DNA from: Candidatus Bathyarchaeota archaeon
GTDB lineage: Archaea > Thermoproteota > Bathyarchaeia > TCS64
Assembly (NCBI GenBank): GCA_043826455.1
Contig: JBDRQD010000048.1
Location: forward strand, 160,001 to 224,000
DNA length: 64,000 bases
Direction of reading: 5' to 3'
Below, one piece after another: positions 37,919 to 47,017 of the stretch. The stretch's first letter is position 1. Each line of letters begins with the position of its first letter. The position numbers were made by a program, and so were the translations under genes. The notes under the pieces were generated by a model. The model searched no databases. It saw nothing but the letters and a program-made list of their open reading frames with translations, and was not told where the DNA came from.

Positions 37919-40584
37919 CGCCCCTGCTCCTTCTTCAGCTCCGCCAGGATCTCCTCGATGCTCCCCTTATGCTCCACCAGGAAGCTGCGGCTGAGGCTGC
38001 TCTCGAACTCTGAGGCCTTCCTGTTGAGGCGCTCCATCTCGTCGTAGGGGGCCAGGTCCTCTATGGTTCCGCGGCCGGCGATGACCACGACCCTTATGAC
38101 CCAGGGGTCCCTGCACTCCACGACACGCACCGTGATGGTCTTGGATACGTCGCCTGTGACGTATGCGGCGAGGGCCGTGTAGAGCTCCTGGGTGAGGTCC
38201 TCGTCCCAGAGGCCCTGAGGCGTCTGGACGGTGACCCACAGGTAGTCGCTGCGGTATGTGCTCTTCATCCCCATGATGTTGGGGGTCCTGTAGATCCTGA
38301 CGATGCTCCTCATGTAGTCCTTGAAGTGGTCCACGTCCAGGATCTCCTCCAGGATGCCCTCCCTGTTGAGCTGGTCCTCCTGTTCGGCCAGGATCTTGTA
38401 GATGATCTTGCCCTGCTCGTCGCCTGTGAGCTCCGTGGTGCGCTCGTAGAACCTGTTGCTCTTTATGATGCCCTGGAGCTTCTCCTGGTAGTCCTCCATG
38501 AGGTCCAGGACCGTGTTGAGCTTCTTCCTGTACTCGCTGGTGACCTCCAGCTTCTTGGCCAGGTCCGTATAGAAGTCTATGAGGGTGTCCGTGGACCCTA
38601 TCTGGGCGTTGAGGTGGATCTCCTCCTCCCTGTTGCCGCTGAGCTCCCTCTCCAGATCCTTGAGCTTGTCCCTGGCGTACTTCTTCTTCCCGAAGAGGCT
38701 GAAGCCCTTGCTCTCCTTGTCGTACTTTTCGCGGTCGTACTCCTTCCGCTTCCTCCGCTCCTCGAGGCGGATGAGCTCGTTCTCCAGGTTCTCGCGCCTG
38801 CCCCTGAACTTGACGATGAGGGCTTGGAGGTAGGTGAGGTGCTCGTCGATCATCTTCACCTCGTCGCTGCTGGGCTTGATCATGAGCTGCAGCAGGTGGT
38901 AAATGGTGGTGAGCTCGGCTTTCATGTCCTTGAAGCTGATGTCCAGCTTCTCCTCCTCGGGCAGTATCTCGTACCGCCGCATGATGGCGTCTACGAAGTG
39001 CCTGTTCTCGTTGTAGAGCCTGAGGATGACCAGGGCCTTCTCCGTGATCTCCGTGAGGTTCATGAAGTCGTCCACCAGCTTCTTCTGCCGTATAGTGAGC
39101 TGCTGGCTGCTGGGCACTAGCTGCTGCAGGCGCTCGAAGATGGCCGCCTTCCTCACCTGGAACTCGGGGTGGGTCTTGGAGACGAACCTCATGAGGCCCT
39201 CCAGGCTGTCGATGGGCTGGGCCTCCTCACGGTGGAGGACGAGCTTGTTGATGCTGTCCTCTATGGTGCCCTCGCTGCTCACCAGCTTGATGGTGCTCAT
39301 GAACTGGTGGGCCTCATCTATCCACTTGTTGATCTGGTCCTCTATGCCTCGGACGTAGAGACTGTAATCCTCATCGAACCTGGGGCTGCCGTGGATGAGC
39401 TGCTCCACCTTCTCGTCGTACTCCTCGGCGTTGTAGGCGTTGGTCTTGATGAGGTAGTCCTTGTAGATCTCGCTGACCTCCTCCCGCTTCAGCTCCAGGA
39501 CGCTCTGGAGCTTGTCCAGGATGACCAGCTTATCCTTCCTGATCTCGGCCAGCTGCTGCATCTTCTCCAGGTTGCTCTTGAAGGCCGCCACGTAGGCGTC
39601 CACCGGGTAGTTGACCTTCACCATGCTGAGGGTGTGTATGATGTTCCCGCTGAGGCCCACCTCTGTGCCTATGCCGCTCATGAGGTCGGCCATGTCGAAG
39701 TCCATGAGGACGTAGATCATCTCAACGATCATCTTGTCGATCTCGTCCCTGGCCGTGATGATGTTCCCCGTCTTGCTGTACGCTGGCATGAGAGGCAGGA
39801 ACATGACGCTGTTGAAGGGGTTCCTGTAGACCTCGCCGAGGCCGTCCACAATGATCTCGTTCTGAACCCTGTCCAGCAGGAGGGACATCTCCTTGATGCC
39901 GTTGAAGGCGCTGTAGCCCTTGGCCGGGGGGTCGTCCCCGGGGCACGGCAGTATGCAGAGGCCTATGATGGGTACGCCGCTTCCCACGGCCTGTCGCAGG
40001 TGGCGGGCGAAGTCCATGGTCATGCCGCTTCCTGTTCCTCCGCCCAGGCCGAACACTATCATGATGATGGGGCTGTTGATGCTGCTGAGGGCGTTGTCCT
40101 TGAACATGTTTGTGAAGCTCTTGATGATGCCCAGCTGGTAGTAGTTCAGGTTGTAGATGGCCTTGGCCAGGCTCCTCCTCCTACCTGCGCCGCCCGCGAG
40201 GGGAGGTATAGCCACGGTGCTGGGTAGCCACGGGTAGTACTCCCTGATCTTGACGCCCTCGTTCTGGAGGTGCTCCTTGAACTTGGTCTGGACGAAGTCG
40301 AACATGGCCTCGGCGGAGGGAAACTTGACGCTCTTGGCTATTATGCTCAGACGGTCTTGGGGTATGCCCCTTCTCTTCATCTGCTCAAGGACCCTGTTGT
40401 AGGAGTCGTCCAGGCTCTTGATGTCAGGGTCCGCGATGTCCATGGCCAGCATGCTGAGCCTGGTGGCGCCGCTGCTGAGAAGATCCATGGTCTTCTCGTT
40501 CTTGAGGAAGTTCTCCACCACGTTGGTGCCTGCGCCGCCTAAGCCTACGAGGTGTATTACGCTGCTGTATCCGAGTTCCGACAT
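37915..40584 (-). CDS. FtsZ/tubulin-like GTPase (FtsZl1-like) with long coiled-coil insertion, 889 aa
   Basis: VGLGGAG, GAGRRR, FGLGGGTGSG, CILP and T7-like DFDMAD; ~430 aa of charged heptad-rich sequence before a beta-rich C-domain. Confidence 0.9.
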   Translation of the reverse strand: MSELGYSSVIHLVGLGGAGTNVVENFLKNEKTMDLLSSGATRLSMLAMDIADPDIKSLDDSYNRVLEQMKRRGIPQDRLSIIAKSVKFPSAEAMFDFVQTKFKEHLQNEGVKIREYYPWLPSTVAIPPLAGGAGRRRSLAKAIYNLNYYQLGIIKSFTNMFKDNALSSINSPIIMIVFGLGGGTGSGMTMDFARHLRQAVGSGVPIIGLCILPCPGDDPPAKGYSAFNGIKEMSLLLDRVQNEIIVDGLGEVYRNPFNSVMFLPLMPAYSKTGNIITARDEIDKMIVEMIYVLMDFDMADLMSGIGTEVGLSGNIIHTLSMVKVNYPVDAYVAAFKSNLEKMQQLAEIRKDKLVILDKLQSVLELKREEVSEIYKDYLIKTNAYNAEEYDEKVEQLIHGSPRFDEDYSLYVRGIEDQINKWIDEAHQFMSTIKLVSSEGTIEDSINKLVLHREEAQPIDSLEGLMRFVSKTHPEFQVRKAAIFERLQQLVPSSQQLTIRQKKLVDDFMNLTEITEKALVILRLYNENRHFVDAIMRRYEILPEEEKLDISFKDMKAELTTIYHLLQLMIKPSSDEVKMIDEHLTYLQALIVKFRGRRENLENELIRLEERRKRKEYDREKYDKESKGFSLFGKKKYARDKLKDLERELSGNREEEIHLNAQIGSTDTLIDFYTDLAKKLEVTSEYRKKLNTVLDLMEDYQEKLQGIIKSNRFYERTTELTGDEQGKIIYKILAEQEDQLNREGILEEILDVDHFKDYMRSIVRIYRTPNIMGMKSTYRSDYLWVTVQTPQGLWDEDLTQELYTALAAYVTGDVSKTITVRVVECRDPWVIRVVVIAGRGTIEDLAPYDEMERLNRKASEFESSLSRSFLVEHKGSIEEILAELKKEQGR

Positions 40585-41579
40585 TACGCTCTCTCCGCCT
40601 CTTTAAGTCTGTCATTAATCTCCTGCAGCCTCTGGGCCAGGCTGCGGTCCACCCGGGACGCCCTACTCTGGAGGGCCTCCATCTCCCGGATCTGGTCCTC
40701 CACTAACATCGTTACGAAGCCCAGTCTGCTCCGCGACCTCATGAACAGGGCCGCGGAGAGGATGAATAGTGCGGCCAGGGCGCCCACTGCTGGGAGGAAG
40801 TACTGCTCCTGCCAGCTTGGCCCTGTCTCCACGGGGGGCGCCTCCACCTGCAGATTGTTCATGAGGTTTATGGCGTTATCCACGAGCCCTAGCTCCGCCT
40901 CACTTATGGCTATGTTCAGGAACTTCTCGTAGAGCTGGACGTAGGCCGGGTCCACGCTGGTCTGCCTGTACTGGGCCAGCTCGGCCTCCTTCTGGCTCCT
41001 GAGCCGCCTGTAGTCGTCGATCCTGTTGTCGATGACGTTGATGGTTATCTTGTCGTAGAGGGTCTGGGCCGGGCCTATGAGGGTGATGGATGTGAGGTCC
41101 ACGGGTTTGTGGAACACCACGCCCGCCCCAGTCGAGGTCACGGTCCGATCTATCTCCCCTACTATGGAGAGCCTGTATACTCCCTGGGTGTGGTTGAACT
41201 TGATGACTCTCTCCGTGGGGTTGAACTCGCTCGTCAGGGGCAGCTCCACTGACTCTATCTCCCAGAAAACCGTCATGGACTTTTTCAGGATGGACTCCGA
41301 TAATCTGAGCTCCAGCACGGCGTTGTCGACGGTCTGCCTCACGTTGATCCTGAAGCTCAGCCGGTACTCGTTTCCGGCTAGCACGGGCGCGTTCTGGGTC
41401 AGCTGGCCGCTCTCGGAGTTCCACTCGAGAATCCGCTGGTTTGTGGAGTAATGCTCCAGCTGGTACTCTTCTATCCACGGTAGGTCGGCTCCCCACACCG
41501 GGGGAAGCTGCGCTAAAAACAATATGCCTACTATGATGAAGGATATTTTCCTCAACGTGCTAGCCCCTGCAGTAACCAT
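40584..41579 (-). CDS. single-pass membrane protein: signal peptide, extracellular beta domain, TM, short cytoplasmic coiled coil
   Basis: RKISFIIVGILFLA...VWG signal; FLPAVGALAALFILSAALF TM; TAATG overlap with the tubulin-like gene. Confidence 0.85.
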   Translation of the reverse strand: MVTAGASTLRKISFIIVGILFLAQLPPVWGADLPWIEEYQLEHYSTNQRILEWNSESGQLTQNAPVLAGNEYRLSFRINVRQTVDNAVLELRLSESILKKSMTVFWEIESVELPLTSEFNPTERVIKFNHTQGVYRLSIVGEIDRTVTSTGAGVVFHKPVDLTSITLIGPAQTLYDKITINVIDNRIDDYRRLRSQKEAELAQYRQTSVDPAYVQLYEKFLNIAISEAELGLVDNAINLMNNLQVEAPPVETGPSWQEQYFLPAVGALAALFILSAALFMRSRSRLGFVTMLVEDQIREMEALQSRASRVDRSLAQRLQEINDRLKEAERA

Positions 41580-41736
41580 GGTAAGTGCTATCCATTTAAA
41601 TTGTGCTGTATGCGGCTTTACCTACTAACGATCTATATCAGGCGTAGGTCCTGTCCCACTCGCATAAAACGGGGCCCAAGGTATTCCTGGAGGGGCTTTC
41701 TGCCATGATCTTTTATGTCGCCGCACCGGGAATCGT

Positions 41737-42711
41737 TTGATGAGTGCGCCCCTGATCACCAGCGGCGTGATCAACGCCAGCCTCCTCGTGATACTGTGTA
41801 TAGGGTTCAACTTCACATACATGATGGAGAAGTTTCCCAACTTCGCTCACGCCAGCTACGCCAGCATAGGCACCATGATAGCCTTCTACTTGGTCAGGTT
41901 CCAGGGGTTCAACCCCTACGCCACGTGGCCTGCGGCGGCCCTGGGGGGCGGCGTCTTAGGTGTGCTGCTGTACCTGGGCGTGGTGAAGCCTATAAAGGTG
42001 CACGGCTCGAGGGAGATCACCCTAACATTCACATTCTACATCATCAGCCAGATCATAGGCTCGGCCCTGGCCATGTTCAGTTACTGGCTCCTCATCGTCA
42101 CGCGCATCCAGTCGAGGGGGTTCCTGCTCTCCAGCTTCGATTTCAGGGTTGAGGGCGTGCCCGGCATAGGGTTTACCGCCCCCGTGACGGTTGTACTTCT
42201 GGTGGGTGCCCTGAACGTATTCCTGTACAGGTCCAAGTACGGTATCGCCATGAGGGCCACCGCTGAGGACGAGTGGCTGGCCTCCAGTCTTGGGGTGAAC
42301 GTGGACCTCATCCACGTCGCATCCTGGTTCATCTCTGGGGCGCTGTCGGCGCTTGCGGGGGCCATTCTTCCCATGTGGAGGGCCACCAGTGTTAATTTCA
42401 GCGACGAGCTTCTCGTCCAGGTCATGGCGGGCAGCGTCTTGGGGGGAATCACCAGCATTTCAGGAGCCATACTGGGTGGCTTCCTGGTGGCCACGAGCCA
42501 GAAGCTTCTGGTGACGTATCTCGTGAGGGCCCTCGGGGTATGGGTTATGGCCTATGAGGCTCTGATCCCCATGGTGATGCTCTTTCTGGTGTTGGCTGTC
42601 GAGCCCAACGGGTTGACGGCCCTCAAAGTGGAGAAGGCATCGTTTCGCGGTGTTAGTGAGTCTATCAGGAGGCTGAGGAGGACTCTGTGGAACCTTCTCA
42701 CATCTGAGTGA
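41737..42711 (+). CDS. livH: branched-chain amino-acid ABC transporter permease (LivH-like), orphan
   Basis: NFAH, GIAMRATAED..LAS.LGVN and VLGG..SI.GA..GG motifs. Confidence 0.88.
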   Translation: MMSAPLITSGVINASLLVILCIGFNFTYMMEKFPNFAHASYASIGTMIAFYLVRFQGFNPYATWPAAALGGGVLGVLLYLGVVKPIKVHGSREITLTFTFYIISQIIGSALAMFSYWLLIVTRIQSRGFLLSSFDFRVEGVPGIGFTAPVTVVLLVGALNVFLYRSKYGIAMRATAEDEWLASSLGVNVDLIHVASWFISGALSALAGAILPMWRATSVNFSDELLVQVMAGSVLGGITSISGAILGGFLVATSQKLLVTYLVRALGVWVMAYEALIPMVMLFLVLAVEPNGLTALKVEKASFRGVSESIRRLRRTLWNLLTSE

Positions 42712-42770
42712 GCGTCGCCACATTTCCGCTATTTGGTGCCCATCCACCCATACAATCGTTTAACACAATA

Positions 42771-42797
42771 CAGGCAAAATTAGGCAACGTTAGGCAA
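42771..42797 (+). repeat. three YAGGCAA direct repeats at 10-bp period
   Basis: CAGGCAA at 42771, TAGGCAA at 42781 and 42791, in an AT-rich intergenic region. Confidence 0.55.
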
Positions 42798-42967
42798 GTT
42801 ATTGATTGATCTATATATTAACTAGTATATTATCCGCGTTTGAGACACTATATAAACAATTAACAGATTAAAATCAAAAAAGCCTTAGATGATACCTAAA
42901 ATTTAACCCATTAACATAAGATAAATCATTACTTCCCACCGAAGCTCAAATAAAACAGGTGAAACAA

Positions 42968-43048
42968 ATGGCAAAGAAGCCGACACCCGCTCCGAAGCCC
43001 GCGGAGAAGAAGCCTGAGAAGCCCGCCGAGAAACCGAAGAAAAAGTGA
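42968..43048 (+). CDS. 26-aa Lys/Pro/Ala/Glu-rich small basic peptide, not in ORF track
   Basis: MAKKPTPAPKPAEKKPEKPAEKPKKK*; AGGTGA RBS just upstream; hairpin and T-run downstream. Confidence 0.6.
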   Translation: MAKKPTPAPKPAEKKPEKPAEKPKKK

Positions 43049-43054
43049 ACGATG

Positions 43055-43093
43055 TAACCTGCCTTCTCAGTCAGGTTAGATCACCCCCTTTTT
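43055..43093 (+). terminator. hairpin plus T-tract after the small peptide
   Basis: TAACCTG (43055-43061) / CAGGTTA (43072-43078) followed by CCCCCTTTTT. Confidence 0.45.
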
Positions 43094-43169
43094 AATCAAC
43101 CAAGCCTCACCGGAGGCTTTCACCTTGATCACTTCCCTTAAATGAGCCCGGGGAGATTGCTATCGAGCC

Positions 43170-45119
43170 ATGTCCCCCACCATCCATTGCCCCAACTGCG
43201 GCAGGGCCCACACGGTGGAGGAGTACGAGGAGGACCGGTTCTGCAGAGGCTGTGAGACCCTCCTGACCCTGTCAGGTGACGCGTCCCCGGGTTCCTGGAC
43301 GCGCCTGTTTCCCTACGAGCCCTACCCCCAGCAGGTGGAGTTCATGGAGGATGTGGTGTCCATCGTCGGCCGCGGCAAGGTGCTCGTAGCTGAGGCCTGC
43401 AACGGGTTCGGAAAGACCGTTAGCGCCCTAAGCTGCCTCCTGCCTCTCGGCCGGAGGATCATCTACGCTACCCGCACCCATGAGCAGGTGCGTCAGGTCC
43501 TGCTGGAGATGGAGAAGATCAACGAGAAGGCCGGGAAGGGATACACGGCTGTCAACCTGGCCAGCAGGGACCACCTGTGCGTCAACCCCGAGTGCAGGGA
43601 CCTCCCAGCCAATGAGAGCCAGGAGCTCTGCGGCGTACTGAGGAAGAGCGACGACTGCCCCTACATCAGTGAACTGGACAAGCCGCCCACGGGGCTGCCC
43701 AAGATACTCACCAGGGAGGTCCTCATAGAGGAGGGCCGGAAAAGGAAGATGTGCCCCTACTACCTGGCCAGGCGCATGATGAAGGAATGCCACCTAGTGG
43801 TGGCCCCCTACCCCTACGTGTTCAACCCCATGATCAGGCTCACCACGGGCCTGGACCTGGGGGGCAGGGTGCTGGTGCTGGACGAGGGCCACAACGTTGA
43901 CCAGGTGGGCCAGGAGATACTCAGCGACACCCTCTCGGAGAGGGGCCTCAGCGCCGCCGCCGAGGAGATGAGGCTCATAGGGAAGTCGCCACGGTTCATC
44001 GACAGGCTGGGGGAGTACCTGCTTAAATCAGACTCCGAGAGGCCCCGGCTGGTCTCAGCCGAGGCCCTGGAGAGGGACCTGGAGCTGACTCTGGGCATGA
44101 GCATAAGCACCTTCATGGACGGCCACGCCCCCCTGGTGGAAGCAATAAGGGCGAGGAAGGCCAAGGACGGGAACCCGCCCGTCTGCTTCCTCAACGGGCT
44201 CCTCGGCTTCTTCGAGCTCCTTCAGGGCAGCGTGAAGGAGAAGTACGTGGGGGTCTACACGCGGAGCTACTACGGGGCCCCCGTAATCGAGTACAGGTGC
44301 CTGGACCCCAGCCTGGCCGTGGCCCCCGTGGTGGCCGAGGCCCGCGGCGTGCTGGTGATGAGCGGTACCCTCAGCCCCCTGGACACCTTCGCCGAGATCA
44401 TAGGGCTGGGGGACGCCGAGAAGCGCTCCTACCCCAGCATCCAGCGCTCCGACAGGATCAGGATGGTGGTGGACGCCTCCGTCACCACCCAGTACAGGGA
44501 ACGGAGCGACGAGATGATCACCCGGATGGGGGAGACCATAGGCAGGGAGCTGGAGACGGTGAAGCAGGGGGCCCTCATCTTCTTCACCCAGAGGGGCTTC
44601 ATGAACAGGTGCCTGGATGTCTGGGCCGGGGATCGTATACTGAAGGCTCATGGGGGCCGCCTCCTCCTGGCCGGGAAGCAGCTGTTCCGGGAGGGCCGGG
44701 ACGCGACCCAGAATAGGGACGTGGTGGTTAGGTACAAGAGGATGGCCGTGGGGGTCGGCGGAGCCGTCCTCTGCTGCGTCTTCAGAGGCAGAAACAGCGA
44801 GGGCAGCAACTTCCCCGGGGACCAGGCCCGGGGTATATTCCTGGTGGGGGTGCCCTATGCCAACTACGGCGACCCCCTGGTGAAGGCCCAGATAAGGTAC
44901 TACAACGGGCTGAGGCCCGGCCTGGGCAACCGGTGGTACACCATGGACGCCTACAGGGCCGCCAACCAGAGCCTGGGCAGAGGCATAAGGGGCAGGGACG
45001 ACTGGTGCCACTACTGGCTACTGGACCGGAGGTACGCCGAGAACCTGGGCCTCATAACCAGGTGGGCCCAGGGGGACGGAGCGGAGGTCAGGAGAGGCCC
45101 CGCACAACAGACGTTTTAA
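43170..45119 (+). CDS. xpd: XPD/Rad3/DinG Fe-S DNA helicase with N-terminal zinc ribbon
   Basis: CPNC...CRGC, Q motif PYPQQ, NGFGKT, RTH.Q, Fe-S cysteines ending CPYY, DEGHN, SGTL.P, EG.NF, QSLGR.IR, LDRRY. Confidence 0.93.
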   Translation: MSPTIHCPNCGRAHTVEEYEEDRFCRGCETLLTLSGDASPGSWTRLFPYEPYPQQVEFMEDVVSIVGRGKVLVAEACNGFGKTVSALSCLLPLGRRIIYATRTHEQVRQVLLEMEKINEKAGKGYTAVNLASRDHLCVNPECRDLPANESQELCGVLRKSDDCPYISELDKPPTGLPKILTREVLIEEGRKRKMCPYYLARRMMKECHLVVAPYPYVFNPMIRLTTGLDLGGRVLVLDEGHNVDQVGQEILSDTLSERGLSAAAEEMRLIGKSPRFIDRLGEYLLKSDSERPRLVSAEALERDLELTLGMSISTFMDGHAPLVEAIRARKAKDGNPPVCFLNGLLGFFELLQGSVKEKYVGVYTRSYYGAPVIEYRCLDPSLAVAPVVAEARGVLVMSGTLSPLDTFAEIIGLGDAEKRSYPSIQRSDRIRMVVDASVTTQYRERSDEMITRMGETIGRELETVKQGALIFFTQRGFMNRCLDVWAGDRILKAHGGRLLLAGKQLFREGRDATQNRDVVVRYKRMAVGVGGAVLCCVFRGRNSEGSNFPGDQARGIFLVGVPYANYGDPLVKAQIRYYNGLRPGLGNRWYTMDAYRAANQSLGRGIRGRDDWCHYWLLDRRYAENLGLITRWAQGDGAEVRRGPAQQTF

Positions 45120-45153
45120 GCCCACGGGGACCAAAAGAGTTTAGTGACCTTCC

Positions 45154-46134
45154 GTGCCCACTGGCTACTTTCTGGGGGTGGACGGCGGAGGAACCGCCAC
45201 CAGGGCAGTGATAGTGTCGCCTGGGGGCAGGGTCCTGGCCGCCGGGAGAGCCGGGCCCTCTAACCCCATCACCGTGGGCGCCGACAGGGCCCTGGCCAGC
45301 ATACTGGAGGCCGTGAACATGGCCTCAGCCAAGTGCGGAGTAGACCGGTTCAAGGCTAGCAGGCTAGGTGTTGCCGGAACAGACCGATCCAGGCTGAGGC
45401 AGAAGCTGCTAGCTGGGCTGCCCGACTCCTATGGAGACACAGCCGTGACCAGTGACGCCGCCGCGGCGCTGGCCGGGGCCACGGGCTGCAGGCCCGGCGT
45501 GGTGGTGATAGCGGGTACGGGCTCTATCGCCTACGGGGAGAACCACCGGGGCATGGCGGCCCGGGCAGGCGGCTGGGGGTGGAGGCTGGGGGACGAGGGA
45601 AGCGGCTACACCATAGGCAGGAACGCCATACTGGCCGCCTTGAGGGCGCACGACGGCCGAACCCCGGATACAGTTCTCCGGGAAATGATCCTTGGCTACC
45701 TGGGCCTGAGCGCTGTGGAGGAGATCATAGACTGGATGTACGCCCCGGGGAGGGAGCCCCGGGACGTGGCCTACCTGGTGCCCCTGGTCAGAGACGCCGA
45801 GGCGGCGGGAGACGAGGCTGCCAAGCTGGTGATGGCCGAGGCGGGCGCGGAGCTGGGCCACGTGGCCAACGCCGTCATAAGGAGGCTGGGCCTCACCGGG
45901 GGGTTCCCTGTGGGCCTCAATGGTGGCGTGTTCAAACAGCCCAGCGTCTACATCATGGCCTTCGAGGAGGTGGTGCGGAGGGAGGCGCCGGACTGCGCCC
46001 TCATCAAGCCGCGGATGCCCCCCGTCCTGGGTGCAGCCCTCCTCGCCCTGAAATCCACGGGCGTGAGCATAGACGACGGCCTGCTCCGGGCCGTGGAGGA
46101 GAGCTACGGTTCGCTAGGTGACGACCATGATTAA
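45154..46134 (+). CDS. BadF/BadG-family N-acetylglucosamine/N-acetylmuramate kinase (MurK-like)
   Basis: GVDGGGT, IAGTGS and RAGGWG..LGDEGSGY motifs; precedes murQ. Confidence 0.88.
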   Translation: MPTGYFLGVDGGGTATRAVIVSPGGRVLAAGRAGPSNPITVGADRALASILEAVNMASAKCGVDRFKASRLGVAGTDRSRLRQKLLAGLPDSYGDTAVTSDAAAALAGATGCRPGVVVIAGTGSIAYGENHRGMAARAGGWGWRLGDEGSGYTIGRNAILAALRAHDGRTPDTVLREMILGYLGLSAVEEIIDWMYAPGREPRDVAYLVPLVRDAEAAGDEAAKLVMAEAGAELGHVANAVIRRLGLTGGFPVGLNGGVFKQPSVYIMAFEEVVRREAPDCALIKPRMPPVLGAALLALKSTGVSIDDGLLRAVEESYGSLGDDHD

Positions 46135-47017
46135 GGTGACCGAGAGCCTGAACCCCGCCTCCAGGGGCATAGACTCCAAGGAGGTCGGGGAAATACTGAG
46201 GATCATCAGCGCGGAGGACTCCGTGGTGGCGGAGTCCGTGGCCGCTCAGCTGCCCAACATAGGCAGGGCCGTGGAGCGGATCGTTGAAACCGTCCGCGGC
46301 GGAGGCACAGTGTTCCTAGTGGGCGCCGGGACCAGCGGTCGCCTCTGCGTGCTGGAGGCCGCGGAGGTGCCGCCCACCTTCGGGGTGCCCCCCACTCTGT
46401 TCCAGGGGGTGCTGGCGGGGGGAATCCCGGCCCTGGTGGGGTCGGTGGAGGCAGCTGAGGACAGCCCTGAGGCCGCTCGAGCCGATCTAGTGTCCCGAGG
46501 CTTGAAGCCATGTGACCTGGTTGTGGGGGTCACTGCATCAGGGGCCACCCCCTACACGCTGGAGGCTGTGAGGTTCGCAGGTGAGGTGGGGGCAGCAACG
46601 GTGAGCGTATCATGCAACCCAGGCTCTCCCCTTTCCGGCTATGTGGACGTGGCCATCGAGGTGGTGGTAGGCCCCGAGGCCGTGGCCGGCTCCACCCGGA
46701 TGAAGGCGGGGACAGCCCAGAAGATGGTGCTCAACATGCTCACCACGGCGTCCATGGTAAGGCTGGGCCGCGTCCACGACGGCTACATGGTGGGGGTTCA
46801 GGCCACCAACGCGAAACTGGTGGACCGGAGCAGGAAAACCCTTTCCGCCGTGACAGGACTTTCCCCGGAGGAAGCGGGGCCGGTGCTGGAGGCAGCCGGC
46901 GGAGACCTGCGGGGGGCCGTCGTGATGACCCTTGCGGGGGTCGGGGCAGGCGAGGCTAAAAAGGCCCTGGAGGGCTGGATTTCAGTGAGAGAGGCGTTAC
47001 GGAGACTAGAAGAATGA
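46127..47017 (+). CDS. murQ: N-acetylmuramic acid 6-phosphate etherase
   Basis: TE..NP, GAGTSGRL...EVPPTFG, EAAED and GPE...GSTRMKAGTAQKMVLNM motifs. Confidence 0.96.
   Translation: MIKVTESLNPASRGIDSKEVGEILRIISAEDSVVAESVAAQLPNIGRAVERIVETVRGGGTVFLVGAGTSGRLCVLEAAEVPPTFGVPPTLFQGVLAGGIPALVGSVEAAEDSPEAARADLVSRGLKPCDLVVGVTASGATPYTLEAVRFAGEVGAATVSVSCNPGSPLSGYVDVAIEVVVGPEAVAGSTRMKAGTAQKMVLNMLTTASMVRLGRVHDGYMVGVQATNAKLVDRSRKTLSAVTGLSPEEAGPVLEAAGGDLRGAVVMTLAGVGAGEAKKALEGWISVREALRRLEE

Noticed and set aside
38326..40227. Long plus-strand ORFs opposite the tubulin-like gene, and similar shadow ORFs throughout the window
   Set aside because: Typical antisense frames of GC-rich genes with no recognisable domains
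37915..40584. Calling the gene canonical ftsZ, cetZ or eukaryote-like tubulin
   Set aside because: Size, coiled-coil insertion and GAGRRR loop do not fit, and no division genes are adjacent
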